Assembly (NCBI GenBank): GCA_951406725.2
Contig: OX597821.1
Location: 52,204,001 to 52,268,000, forward strand
Length of the DNA stretch: 64,000 bases
Source: Octopus vulgaris
Lineage: Eukaryota
Direction of reading: 5' to 3'
Shown here piece after piece: positions 11,758 through 23,051 of the stretch. Both the position numbers and the translations under genes were made by a program. A model generated the notes under the pieces. That model was not told where the DNA came from. It saw only the letters and a list, made by a program, of their open reading frames with translations, and searched no databases. Every line of letters starts with the position of its first letter. Within the stretch, counting starts at the first letter, position 1.

Positions 11758-14048
11758 CACCAAACAAGCAGGAGGAACCAAAAGTAATAAAAATTATTAA
11801 TCTAACTCACAAGGAACTAACAGCAAACCAAATAAACATACTTTCCAAAGGACTCAAGTTTACACCCACCCCACAACACCCCAACTACAATGAAATGAAA
11901 GAAGACATCGCAGAATTCTGCAGAAAATTAAAACTTACTGAGGAGCTATACGATAAATACAACGAGGACGAATCGTTAGCCAGAAATACGAGTAACTACA
12001 CCCCCTCGAAAGGTAAGAATAAAACACTTGATGATTTCTGTGACCACATATCAAATTACCCATATCAACATATGCACAAACAAAAACACAAACCAAACTT
12101 CAGCAAAAAAGAATGGGCTGAGTTGAACAAATTAAAACTAGATAAAACAATAACAATCAAAGAGGCCGATAAAGGGAGTGCTGTTGTCTTAATGGATACG
12201 ACATTTTACATAACTTTGGTACTTTCTATGCTGGAAGACACAACATACTATGAAAAGGCACAAAACTACAGTCAACAAAAAATAATGAGGGAACTAAAAT
12301 CCATATTAAACCCATACAAAGCAGGGCTCACCGACAAAGAATATGATTATATGACCAATTTCACAAGTAAAACTAGCCAATTCTACGGTATACCTAAGAT
12401 CCACAAAAGTGAAAAAATAAGCAACGCATGCAAGATAGCTACAGACAAAATAATTAAAGTCCCTAATCCTAATGACCTCAAATTGAGACCCATAATAGCA
12501 GGTCCCGCATGCGAAACCCACCGCCTCAGTAACTTTTTAGACACCCTGTTAAAACCACTCCTCAAACATGTCAAAAGCTATATAAGGGACGACTTAGATA
12601 TGCTCAATCACCTACCGAATACTATAAACAAAAACACCATACTGGTATCCTTCGATGTAGTCAACCTCTACTCCAATATCCCCCACAACCTAGGACTAGA
12701 GGCAATCCAATTCTGGCTAGAGAATCACGCCAACGAACTACCACACCGCATCAAAAAAGAATTTGTGATAGAAGGGGTTAAATTCATCCTGGAAAATAAC
12801 TTCTTCGCCTTCAATGACAACTTCTACCGACAAAAATCGGGGACTGCGATGGGTACACGAATGGCCCCCTCCTTTGCCAACCTAGTCATAGGATACCTAG
12901 AGATCAGTCTGTATCGTAAGGTTCTAGAAAGATATGGCAGCCCTTTCTCCATCTACATAGAAAACAACTGGAAGAGATATCTAGATGACTGTTTCATCCT
13001 TTGGCATAAAAATATAGAAAAACTCATAGAATTCCAGAAAATTTTAAACGGACTGGACGTAAACATCCAATTCACGATGGAATATAGCCAACAACAACTC
13101 CCCTTCCTCGATATCCTCATTAAGAAAGCTAATAATATAATAGAAACAGACATATACTATAAGCCTACAGACTCTAAGCAATATCTTCCATTCAATTCAT
13201 GCCACCCCAGACACACCAGGATGAATATCCCCTTCAATCTAGCAAAAAGGATATGCACTATAGTCTCTAACGCAAACACCAGAGACACACGACTACAAGA
13301 ACTAAAAGATACCCTAATCACCAGGAACTATCCACCTTCACTTATTGACAAGTGCATTCAACGTGCCCTTCAACTTAACATCAAGGAACTGAGACATCCC
13401 AAATCAAAGAAAAACTTACAACCAAAAGCCTTACCATACATCTCCACACACAACCCTCTCAATAACGAAGCCTTCGACACCATCCTCCACAACATACCCC
13501 TCCTAAAAAAAGACCACAGAATGAACACAATCCTCCAAACACACACGATCATAAAAAGCAAAAGACAGCCTAGATCCATGAAAAGTCTCCTTACACAAGC
13601 CCGAATTCACTCTTCAACACAGAAGCCGACAGTAAAAAAATGTGGAAGACCCAATTGCGGGATATGCGACTATCTAATCGAGGGTTCTGAGTTCTCCTTC
13701 AAACAGGGACAACGGTTTACAGTGAAAAGCAACTTCACATGTGCTTCGGAGAACCTAATATACTCACTAACCTGTTCCGGGTGTCAAGAGCAGTACATAG
13801 GCCAAACAAAAAATGGTTTGCGTAAACGAATGGCCCTGCACAGATCCCAGATAAAAATTCCCCAAAACAGAAAAATAGCTTTTAGCCAACACATAGATAC
13901 TTGCGCCAACAAAAAAACACCAAACTTCAGAATTTTCCCCCTCTACCAATTTAGGGACGATACAACCTCGAGACAAAGAATAAGTAAAGAAAATCTCTTT
14001 ATTACAAAATACAAGCCACTTCTTAACGGGTCTACGACAAACAATTAA
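11694..14048 (+). CDS. PLE ORF2: reverse transcriptase + GIY-YIG endonuclease (frame open from 11694; first ATG at 11895)
   Basis: Motifs IINL..LSKGLKFTPTP (upstream of first ATG), IKEADKG, LRPII, LVSFDVVNLYSNIP, QKSGTAMGTRMAPSFANL, WKRYLDD, LPFLD; Cys linker CGRPNCGIC; GIY-YIG NLIYSLTCSGCQEQYIGQT..R...H..KE....N. No internal stops. Confidence 0.97.
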   Translation, partial: LPSQPPHSFFRPNTQTQRHKIAPNKQEEPKVIKIINLTHKELTANQINILSKGLKFTPTPQHPNYNEMKEDIAEFCRKLKLTEELYDKYNEDESLARNTSNYTPSKGKNKTLDDFCDHISNYPYQHMHKQKHKPNFSKKEWAELNKLKLDKTITIKEADKGSAVVLMDTTFYITLVLSMLEDTTYYEKAQNYSQQKIMRELKSILNPYKAGLTDKEYDYMTNFTSKTSQFYGIPKIHKSEKISNACKIATDKIIKVPNPNDLKLRPIIAGPACETHRLSNFLDTLLKPLLKHVKSYIRDDLDMLNHLPNTINKNTILVSFDVVNLYSNIPHNLGLEAIQFWLENHANELPHRIKKEFVIEGVKFILENNFFAFNDNFYRQKSGTAMGTRMAPSFANLVIGYLEISLYRKVLERYGSPFSIYIENNWKRYLDDCFILWHKNIEKLIEFQKILNGLDVNIQFTMEYSQQQLPFLDILIKKANNIIETDIYYKPTDSKQYLPFNSCHPRHTRMNIPFNLAKRICTIVSNANTRDTRLQELKDTLITRNYPPSLIDKCIQRALQLNIKELRHPKSKKNLQPKALPYISTHNPLNNEAFDTILHNIPLLKKDHRMNTILQTHTIIKSKRQPRSMKSLLTQARIHSSTQKPTVKKCGRPNCGICDYLIEGSEFSFKQGQRFTVKSNFTCASENLIYSLTCSGCQEQYIGQTKNGLRKRMALHRSQIKIPQNRKIAFSQHIDTCANKKTPNFRIFPLYQFRDDTTSRQRISKENLFITKYKPLLNGSTTNN
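11718..11724 (+). promoter_or_regulatory. Candidate -1 ribosomal frameshift slippery heptamer T_TTT_TTA
   Basis: In ORF1 phase (CAT TTT TTA), inside the 64-nt ORF1/ORF2 overlap 11694-11757; ORF2 is in the -1 frame. Alternatively TTTTTTAG is a splice acceptor. Confidence 0.65.
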
Positions 14049-14179
14049 TATACCTCAACTTTAGAATAAAAGAAAAAAATATATATACACACACAAATAC
14101 TACACTCCATAGAATCCATTACTAATCAGCCCCTTCATAGCTATATTTACACCCATTCATATTCTCCCTTCTCTGTTTT

Positions 14180-14402
14180 TTTCTTCTTCTTCTTCTTCAT
14201 CATCATCGTTATCATCATCATCGGCGTCATCATCATCGCCACCATCATCACCACCATCTTCTCCTTCTCCTCCTTCTTCTTCTTCTTCTTCTTCTTCATC
14301 ATCATCGTTATCATCATCATCGTCGTCATAATCATCACCACCATCACCATCATCTTCTCCTTCTCCTTCTCCTTCTTCTTCTTCTTCTTCTTCTTCTTCT
14401 CC
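14180..14402 (+). repeat. Composite (TTC)n/(ATC)n/(TCC)n simple-repeat block in the PLE 3' UTR (mirrored at about 8675-8897)
   Basis: Seen directly; internally duplicated block present in both PLE copies. Confidence 0.9.
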
Positions 14403-14660
14403 ACCCCCTACCCCTTAAGTTTGTCACTAATGTTTTTTAGTATAACACCTACGCTAATTCTATAAACAAGCCTGTCGATATAAATATTCTCCTGAATTGA
14501 ACTGAGACTGCCAGCCGCCACTGACCATTCAAAATACGACCATCAGGGCACTCCCAGATTCTCCCACCCCCCTTTCCTCACCAGCCTTCCCTCTACTACC
14601 CTACCAAGAACTCACAACTACCTCGAACACACAAGTGCAAACAAGGGAGTCAGAGAAAGG

Positions 14661-14875
14661 CAGAATGCCACTTAAATCTGAACACTACTATAGAAATATT
14701 GTTTTAAAAAAAACTTTTCTTCTAATTTTTCTAAATTTAATTATTTAATCGTTACAGTTGAAAAGGTCTCAAAATGACCGAAACCGGTACTGAAATGTTC
14801 ACTATAAAATTATTTTAGCATTTTCTATTTTTTACTTGTTTTTTCATATATATCAACTCGTGTGTTCCTTTTCAC

Positions 14876-14882
<7 letters not shown>
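14661..14882 (+). repeat. 3' pseudo-LTR and tail of the PLE
   Basis: Direct repeat of 10271-10491; ends CACCCTTATA, merging into (TA)n. Confidence 0.93.
14750..14797 (+). ncRNA. Hammerhead ribozyme copy in 3' pLTR
   Basis: Identical to 10359-10406. Confidence 0.82.
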
Positions 14883-14920
<38 letters not shown>

Positions 14921-15774
14921 CATATGCGCGTGTTTATATGTGTATGTGGGCATATGTGTATCAAGTGAATTAAATATATTCTTCGTAGACACATTTATGA
15001 TGGAGCGTAAGAGTGTCTACGTGGCCCTCAAAATAGCAGCCAAATTTCCTCAAATCCCCCTTAAATAAGTAAGACCACTTTGGAGAAATGTTACTCAAGA
15101 TATGCAAATGGATGAGATGTTCATGTTTTCAATGGGATTCATTATATGTCTGTTTTATTAGGTTGATTTGAATCTATTTTCTAACGAAAGCAATATACAG
15201 TGCACTTCTGAGTATTACAAATGGCTGGTAGTACTGTTTCGATTTCCGGATACAGAAGCTGCCCTCATAAATGTCATTAAATATGTAGGAAATGGTTCGG
15301 ATACCACATTTTAATGTATTTACTGCAGTAAAACCTCTTGTACAAAGAACCAATGTTTGTTATATATGTTTATAGAAAACGTCATGCGTGGCAGATATTT
15401 TCACAATAAACGTTCGTGTAGTAGCAAAAGCTGTAGTATTTCAAATAATTTCTGCAATACGATAGGGCCTAACATATGCAATATAATGATTTGAAGTACT
15501 TCCAATATTAACTCAGATTCCCCAGGCGATTATAGAAAAAAGAATTATCTAGCGAATATTCTAGTTCACTATATGGCATAAGTGGTCCTGAAATATTTGT
15601 ATTTAGTAAACAATGCTTTCCTGGTAGTATTTTCCTAATCCGTATTGATATTAGTGTATCATTGTAGCGATCATGTTTTGGGATGTTGTTATAAAACGCT
15701 GGACACAATGCGCTTCTTCACACTTGTATAACTTTCAAATGATGCAACTCCGCCGGCTATCCAGGCAGGCCTAT

Positions 15775-15980
15775 ACTGTACAACTAACCGAGATCACTAA
15801 ATTTTCCCTGAACGAGATGCCAGTCCTTCGCAGGGTTATTCCTTTACAGCTCAGTAGACTGAAGTAACACGAAATGAAATGTTTAGTTTAACAACAAAAA
15901 GCATCCTCCGGTCCAGGAATCAAAACCACGACCTTGCGAGCTTAAGAATACCACCCTAACCACTAGGCCACGTGGCTTCA
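15775..15980 (-). mobile_element. tRNA-derived SINE related to 1279-1473
   Basis: Reverse complement head TGGCCTAGTGGTTAGGGTG...GTGGTTTTGATTCCTGGACCGG. Confidence 0.65.
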
Positions 15981-17134
15981 CAGTCTGTACTGATATGCCA
16001 GATTGATAGAAGAGATGAATTACAAGACTTCTATTGCCATGTAAAGTTCTTTGATGCTTTATAGTTACGATGAGTTAATTTGCCTGCCATTCCTCCAGGC
16101 CTGATAAAATATATATAGTTTAATTCCTTTTGAACCTGAACCTTCGTCCTTAACACAGAAATCAATATTTGTACAAAGTTATGGGGCGAATGCTAATGAG
16201 TAGATGACAGAAGTTAGTGACGAAAAACACCAGCAGAGTTTCAAATAGAAATATCTTATTTTATGTCAGCAACAAATTACAAATGAAACGTATGAAATGG
16301 TTAAAAACTATAATATTCTTCCCTATGTTCTTCCAAACCAGTTTTTTTTTCCGGTGAAAGAAGTCATATTTTTTTCAGTGCCATTAAAGTTCCATTCGTA
16401 GAAAAGATGTACGCTTTTGGCAATACGAGTTCAAGAAATATATTCGATTCTCTGATGGCAACATTCCAATCCCGTTCCGTTGTTAATGTCCATAATAATC
16501 ACAATAACGTTAGAACTACGTATTTCCATTTTTTTCTAAAACAATAGTTTTCATACTTTTGTTAGAAACAATCAATATAGCTATTGTTATTGTAATGTTT
16601 CTTATTTATCTTCACAAGTAGTTTTTTATTCCCATAAAATCTACTTTAAGTAGTTTATTTGCGATGAGAAAGCTTGACACAGAATAGTAGAAATTTCTTT
16701 GTTTTCTATTTGTTAGCTTTTAAAAAGTTTTAAATATATCTGATAAAATATTTCAAACCTCAGAATGAATTTTGTACTGAGAGAGAGAGAGAGAGAGGAG
16801 AGAGAGGAGAGAGAAAAAGAGAAAGAGAGAGAGAAATTAAGGTTACTTATGATAAAATGCTATGAATAACAAGGCATTGATTTGATACATTTGCATAACA
16901 TTACTTTCTCTGCAAGTGTATATAAGCGAACAAAATTACTGAGACAGCGTGTATATGAATAAATCAGACGGAAACAATATCGTTAGTTGCTTTAGTTGCT
17001 CCTTTTGCTTTAGGCTAATACACCTATAGCAAAAGTCTGCTGAGATAGCTATGTCCAAATTCCCGGCTAATTATGTGATGTGAGAACATGACAAAATAAT
17101 AACTACTGGGTCTAAGCACCCAGCTACATATCAC

Positions 17135-17165
<31 letters not shown>

Positions 17166-18412
17166 TGTATGTATGTATGTATGTATGTATGTATGTATGT
17201 ATGTATGTATGTGTGTATGTATGTATGTATGTGTGTATGTATATATGTATGTGTGTAGGTATGTATGTATATGTGTGTGTATGTGTGCGTGTTACAGAAA
17301 ATAAACTAAATTTTGAACGCGGGAGCTGTGAAAACAATCTAGAAAATTGGGTAAATACCCCTAGAAGACAGGACAAAGTTGCTAGTAGGCGTGTGTGTAC
17401 ACATGCGTATGGATATGTTACTTCATCTGTATCTGTATTTGCATGTCTTTTTCTATTACTCTGTTACCCTTCCTCTCTAAGGACATTAAGTTGAAAGTGT
17501 AAACTTTACAATCGGCAATTTGGCCGCAAACATCTACACATGTCCTGTCTTTTGTCAGTTTAATGATTTCGTTACATTACCACAGGTTGGGAGTGAAAAA
17601 CAAATGAGATGTTCAGTAATAAGAATGCATGCTGGTTGATAATAGAAATTGAAGTTAGTACAGAAATAAAAGAGTTTGAGCCTCTAGTGGAGGAGATTGA
17701 AGACAAGCCTAGGGAAAGTCCGGAGACAGTCGTCTTACCATTTGAAAAGAGGAAGTTACTGTCATGTCACTTAGATATAGCATTGGTCATGATATAGCTT
17801 ACGAATACATAGAGTCGCACCTCGTTGTATTTCACTTAATTCATGGAACTGAGATTGTTTGAAGAAACTAGTTTAAAACTCGGTATAAGTGAATGATTGT
17901 TTCCCTATACATTTTGTAAATAATAAGTCTGTATATTTGAAGAGACGTTTCAGACTTACGGCTAAAAAAAGATCACGTGACAAGTAATTATACGATTGTG
18001 ATTTGAAACCTTTCACTTTTAGCATTCGTCTACTATTACGGCTGGAGTCAGGTGGCCTCTCTCTCTGTGATATCGACACTTGAATAGAAATATTGCTGCA
18101 GACAAAACAGGTGTATATAGTATATATCAAAAAAGCAAATAAAAAGAAAACAAAAAGACGTGACAGCAACAATATCAGAGAGTATGTAATAAGGATTCAT
18201 AGCTTTGTAGGAAAAGTAAAGACATTTGGAGTGAAGCAGAAAATGGAGACAGCGTTTTGTAAAAATATGGTAAATATGAAGGTTGAGCAAGGTAAATTCT
18301 ATATATTGCAGCGTTAGGTGATAATGGCATAATACCAGCTGTGCAGTTAGTTTAAGAAAAGGAATCAATGATTAATAGAAACACGTATATATATAAATAC
18401 ACACACACACAA

Positions 18413-18515
<103 letters not shown>

Positions 18516-18578
18516 TTTATATACATGCATATTTATATATATACATATATACATATATTTATATACATGCATATATAT

Positions 18579-18651
<73 letters not shown>

Positions 18652-18750
18652 GAGAGAGAGATACTGATATAGATATATGTGTTTGTATACGTGCGATTAT
18701 TTATATCTATTATATATATATATACATATATATAACCTGCATACGTACGC

Positions 18751-18791
<41 letters not shown>

Positions 18792-18792
18792 G

Positions 18793-18835
<43 letters not shown>

Positions 18836-20104
18836 CATACATGCATACATACATACGCACATACACACACACATATATAAGTTACAAATCTGTATTGGAA
18901 GTATTTTGAGCAAAAGTACGCTGCTAAAATGGTGAATGGATATCACAAAAAAAAGATGAAGAAAAGCAGAAGAGAATATAAACTCCTTCCTAAGTGACTT
19001 ATGTTATTATGGCCTATAGCAAGTTTTCGCATTCGAAATGTTTAGCAATTTCTAGTTAAAATATGCATCAAGTATATATTAAATGCTGTTAAAAGATCAA
19101 ACAATATGCCGAAAAACATACATGCACATACAATTTTACCAGAATGAATAATTGAATGGAAAAACATGAAATACCGAAATTATGCAAAAAAAACCCCAAA
19201 AAACAAAAACAAAATAAAGCAGGAACAAAAGATGCTAAAAATGTTAAATATTCTTTCTAAACTCTAAAGCAAGGTGGCTATCGTATTCATCTTTAACTTC
19301 GTTGGTCATGCAGAAAGAAACACACTTGGTTGTTCAAGGAAACGATATTTAGTTGGAAAAGCATGGACTATGAAAAAATGATAAGTGTTAAAGAGGGATA
19401 ATATCTATAGACAAAACAGAAAACAAACCCGTTATTTTGGCAAAAGAATACATATGGTATGAAAATTATCTAAAATGTTTACAAGATGCCATAGATGTGT
19501 GCCTGAGTGGCACACTTAGTAACCCGGCTGGTATGAGTTCGATTCGGTTGCGTCGAACCTTATCTGCTGGCGGTTTCTATCGTGACATTGAGTTAGTTAA
19601 TGCCGTATGATTGAACTGGCTTAGATGTAAGCTATAGAGAAGTTCGTCGTATACACACACAACACATAAATGTGTATATTTGTAGGTGTACACCAGTGTA
19701 AATATATTCTGGTATTAAAGTATAGAAAAAGAGGAAGGTGTGTATGAGATTAGAGTAGATTCAGATGTTCGATAAAGCTGTCAGCATAATGAGGAGCAGA
19801 CCAAGGTGCCGAGTGGGCAGGATCGTTAGCATTACAGACAACTTATTGCGCTCTGAGTTCAAATTCCAGCAGGGTTGACTTTGCCATTCATCCTTAATGG
19901 TAGATAAAATAAGTGACAATGGAGCAATGCAATCGACTTATCCTCAACCACAAATTTCGGCCCTTGTGCCTCTAGTAGCCAGAATTATTAAAAGTAGCAT
20001 ACTAAATACTGTGGTCAGTGTAATTGTTTAAAACACATCGGAAGTGAGACGATAACCTGATTGGCTCAGTTGAAATGATAAATACATAAACTGATAATAT
20101 TCTT

Positions 20105-20612
20105 TACTGTATATTAATAGTTATCGCCAAGCCAACATGGCAGTCCAGATGAATAGGACGAATAGCTCCTAGAGGCCATCGCCTCTAGCTAGCTATGTGA
20201 CACACAAACCAGTGTCCATTATAACCTTCGAACAGGGTAGGTCAGCAGCTTCCCCTTGCTGGTATGGCATCCACAGACTAGTTTCGAGGTGTTTGCCTCT
20301 TATCAATGTGGGGTAGTCGAATCCAGCAGGTGTCGCTGCAGACCGACTGTTCGAAGGATCATTTACCTAAATTCAGTGGAATACATCCACTGGTTTTCAA
20401 AAATAGCAATATCATTATTTCTAATTCTCTCTAATGGAGACTACGGCAGTGGTACTAGATATTAAATAGATATCGCCAAGCTAACAAGATAATCAACGGC
20501 AGCATTCATCCTATATATCTGGACTGCCATGTTAGCTTGGCGATAACTATTAATATCCAGTACCGCTGCCGTAGTCTCCTTCAGAGAGAATTAGAAATAA
20601 TGATATTTCTAT
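20105..20612 (-). mobile_element. Non-autonomous HHR-bearing element: about 348-bp unit, partial tandem plus inverted piece
   Basis: 20105-20138 recurs at 20453-20486; 20504-20612 is an inverted copy spanning that junction (about 85-bp arm pairing with 20402-20486). Confidence 0.78.
20271..20311 (-). ncRNA. Minimal type I hammerhead ribozyme, U3-A8 variant
   Basis: Minus strand reads CCACA-TTGATAA-GAGG-caaaca-CCTC-GAAA-CTAG-TC/TGTGG; perfect stems I and II, palindromic ACTAGT, GUC site. Confidence 0.85.
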
Positions 20613-21421
20613 TCTTTACTGTGAAATCGACTAACGAGATGAACATGCATCACTTAGCAAATATACTGTAGAATTATCCAATCATTTATGGTAGCGAGCT
20701 TGCAGAATCGTTAAAATGCTTAGCGGCGTTTCCTCCGATTTTACGTTCGAATTTTATTTCAAATTTCGCCAAGCTCGGTTTTGCTTTTCATCCTTTCGGG
20801 GCCGATAGAATAAGTAAAATTCGAATACAGGTGTCGATGTAATCGTCTTACACCTCCCTGAAGTTGCTGGCGTTTAAAACCTATACCTATATTTGTATTA
20901 TGTGTCTTGTTGAAACACTCGCAGTGAAGGAATAAATGTAATACTATCATGGAATTACTATGTATACTCCACCGCACAGACATATAGATATATATACACA
21001 CACACACACACATACACACACACACACACACACTCACGTATTTAAAAGTTTTTCTAAGAGAAACTTATGACAATCAGAATATTTAACGTTTTTCACAGCA
21101 ACCACATGTATCACTTAGGTTTTCGAGGGAGGATGACCACCCTTTGCAAATAGCACAAGGGCACTGAAATTTTGTGTCTAAAGTCCATCTGGTGACGTTG
21201 ATCGCCTGGGGCTAAAATCATCAGTAACACCCCACCCCCAGTGGCTAGCCACATTCAGATGGCTAGTACACCTTACGTTGTCGAGCGGTTACTGTTTATA
21301 TCTCGTTCAGAGATTTATTAATGCTTTCAGACAGTTTTTCTAAATCAGTGACTGTGGTTGCTGTGAAAAACGTTAAATATTATTTGCAGAGGGTCTCCTT
21401 CATCGAAAACCGGTGTTTACC

Positions 21422-21464
21422 ATGCGTTGACGAGAGGCAATTACCTTGAAACTATAATCCGTAT
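21422..21464 (+). ncRNA. Type I hammerhead ribozyme (array unit 1, stem III G>A variant)
   Basis: Same as 21778-21820 but CTATAA-TC (AUC site, broken palindrome). Confidence 0.72.
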
Positions 21465-21777
21465 GTATCACTTAGGTTTTCGAGGGAGGATGACCTCCTT
21501 TGCAAATAACACAAGGGCACTGAAATTTTGTGTCTAAAGTCCATCTGGTGACGTTGATCGCCTGGGGCTAAAATCATCAGTAACACCCCACCCCCAGTGG
21601 CTAGCCACATTCAGATGGCTAGTACACCTTACGTTGTCGAGCGGTTACTGTTTATATCTCGTTCAGAGATTTATTAATGCTTTCAGACAGTTTTTCTAAA
21701 TCAGTGACTGTGGTTGCTGTGAAAAACGTTAAATATTATTTGCAGAGGGTCTCCTTCATCGAAAACCGGTGTTTACC

Positions 21778-21820
21778 ATGCGTTGACGAGAGGCAATTAC
21801 CTTGAAACTATAGTCCGTAT
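21778..21820 (+). ncRNA. Type I hammerhead ribozyme (array unit 2)
   Basis: ATGCG-TTGACGA-GAGG-caatta-CCTT-GAAA-CTATAG-TC/CGTAT; palindromic stem III ACTATAGT, GUC site; core position 3 is U (U3-G8 wobble). Confidence 0.8.
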
Positions 21821-21989
21821 GTATCACTTAGGTTTTCGAGGGAGGATGACCTCCCTTTGCAAATAACACAAGGGCACTGAAATTTTGTGTCTAAAGTCCA
21901 TCTGGTATGTTGATCGCCTGGGACTAAAAGCATCAGTAACACCCCACCCCCAGTGGCTAGCCACAAGCAGATGGCTAGTACACCTTACG

Positions 21990-22029
<40 letters not shown>

Positions 22030-22260
22030 GTATGTATGTGTGTGTATGTTTGTGTGTCTATGTTTGTCCCCCTAGCATTGCTTGACAACCGATTCTGGTG
22101 TGTTTATGTCCCCGTTACTTAGCGGTTCGGCAAAAGAGACCGATAGAATAAGTACTGGGCTTACAAATGAATAAATCCTGGGGTTGAGTTGCTCGATTAA
22201 AGGCGGTACTCCAGCGCGGCCGCAGTCAAATGACTGAAACTATTAAAAGAGTAAAGAGTA
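22030..22260 (+). mobile_element. Family A SINE, 3' half
   Basis: Matches the 3' half of 24085-24501. Confidence 0.8.
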
Positions 22261-22270
22261 TATATATATA

Positions 22271-22808
22271 TAGAGTGAATCAAAATTAGTTCTCCAGCTT
22301 GAGTTTTTGAAAATCCAAGGATATCATAGGTACTGATTGAGCAAGTTTCTTTCACGTTTGTCATTATGATGAGGTGCTCCATCTTGCACAAAGATTTTCG
22401 AATGACGGTATCGAAAATACGGCTAGATGATATTTTCACACGACGCCAGATAACGGTCATCATTCATCGTCTCTCTTTGAATATGGAATGCACAAATTCC
22501 TGAAGACAATATCGCCTTCCAAATGACAAGAGAAGGGGATATGACGTGCATTTCCCAAACCACTTCAGGGTCATCTGAATAATAGAAACAGTCATGGCGC
22601 TTGATGTGACTGGAAACATTGAAGGTCGCTTCATCACAGAAAATGAGTCGATCAAAACATTTTGAATCTCTGGCTTCTGCAAGCATTCTCATACAAAATT
22701 CGTCACGTCGAATAATCAATGACATATAGAAATAATAACAGCAGGCATCAAGAAACTACAGAACTAATAGACCCATTAAGTTGGGGCACTAATTTTGGCC
22801 CATCCTCT
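22271..22808 (-). mobile_element. Tc1/mariner-superfamily deletion derivative with transposase remnant
   Basis: LIFCDEATFNVSSHIKRHDC.YYS.DP.......SP.LVIW.AI...G (first catalytic D region); degenerate TIRs 22271-22300 and 22778-22808 sharing CAAAATTAGT; TA-rich flanks. Confidence 0.8.
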
Positions 22809-22994
22809 CTCTATATATACAGGCTTAGTGTTTCTTTTTGATAAAACATAAAAGTTCTCATATTCTATGTAAATGATAGAAAAGTTAAACATGCATGCTT
22901 TTCCCAACGGCATTATTCACTTTAGCAATTCTTTGTTGCTGTATGATTCTGACGAAAACTGTATTAACTGTCTAGTATAAAACAGAGACTAAGT

Positions 22995-23051
<57 letters not shown>

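Larger units (their letters stand above)
8227..14882 (+). mobile_element. Penelope-like retroelement (Neptune-like) compound insertion: inverted 5'-truncated copy plus full-length copy with pseudo-LTRs, inserted in (TA)n
   Basis: RT + C-terminal GIY-YIG ORF; direct repeats 10271-10491 and 14661-14882; 8227-10240 is the reverse complement of 12837-14853; (TA)n on both flanks (8186-8234, 14879-14916). Confidence 0.97.
21078..21991 (+). mobile_element. Retrozyme-like tandem array: about 2.5 units of 356-357 bp with hammerhead ribozymes, a 29-bp inverted 5' piece and a 3' end in (TA)n
   Basis: Units start at 21107, 21464 and 21820; 21078-21106 is the reverse complement of the internal TGTGGTTGCTGTGAAAAACGTTAAATATT; no coding capacity. 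Confidence 0.85.

Noticed and set aside
10632-13976. Antisense ORFs within the PLE
   Set aside because: Shadow frames of an A/C-skewed coding strand; no recognisable motifs.
11895-14048. Naiad/Chlamys-type PLE or selenoprotein recoding
   Set aside because: The GIY-YIG domain is C-terminal and there is no in-frame TGA.
21107-21991. Tandem array or SINE clusters as CRISPR-like arrays
   Set aside because: Eukaryotic context, long units, no unique spacers and no cas genes.
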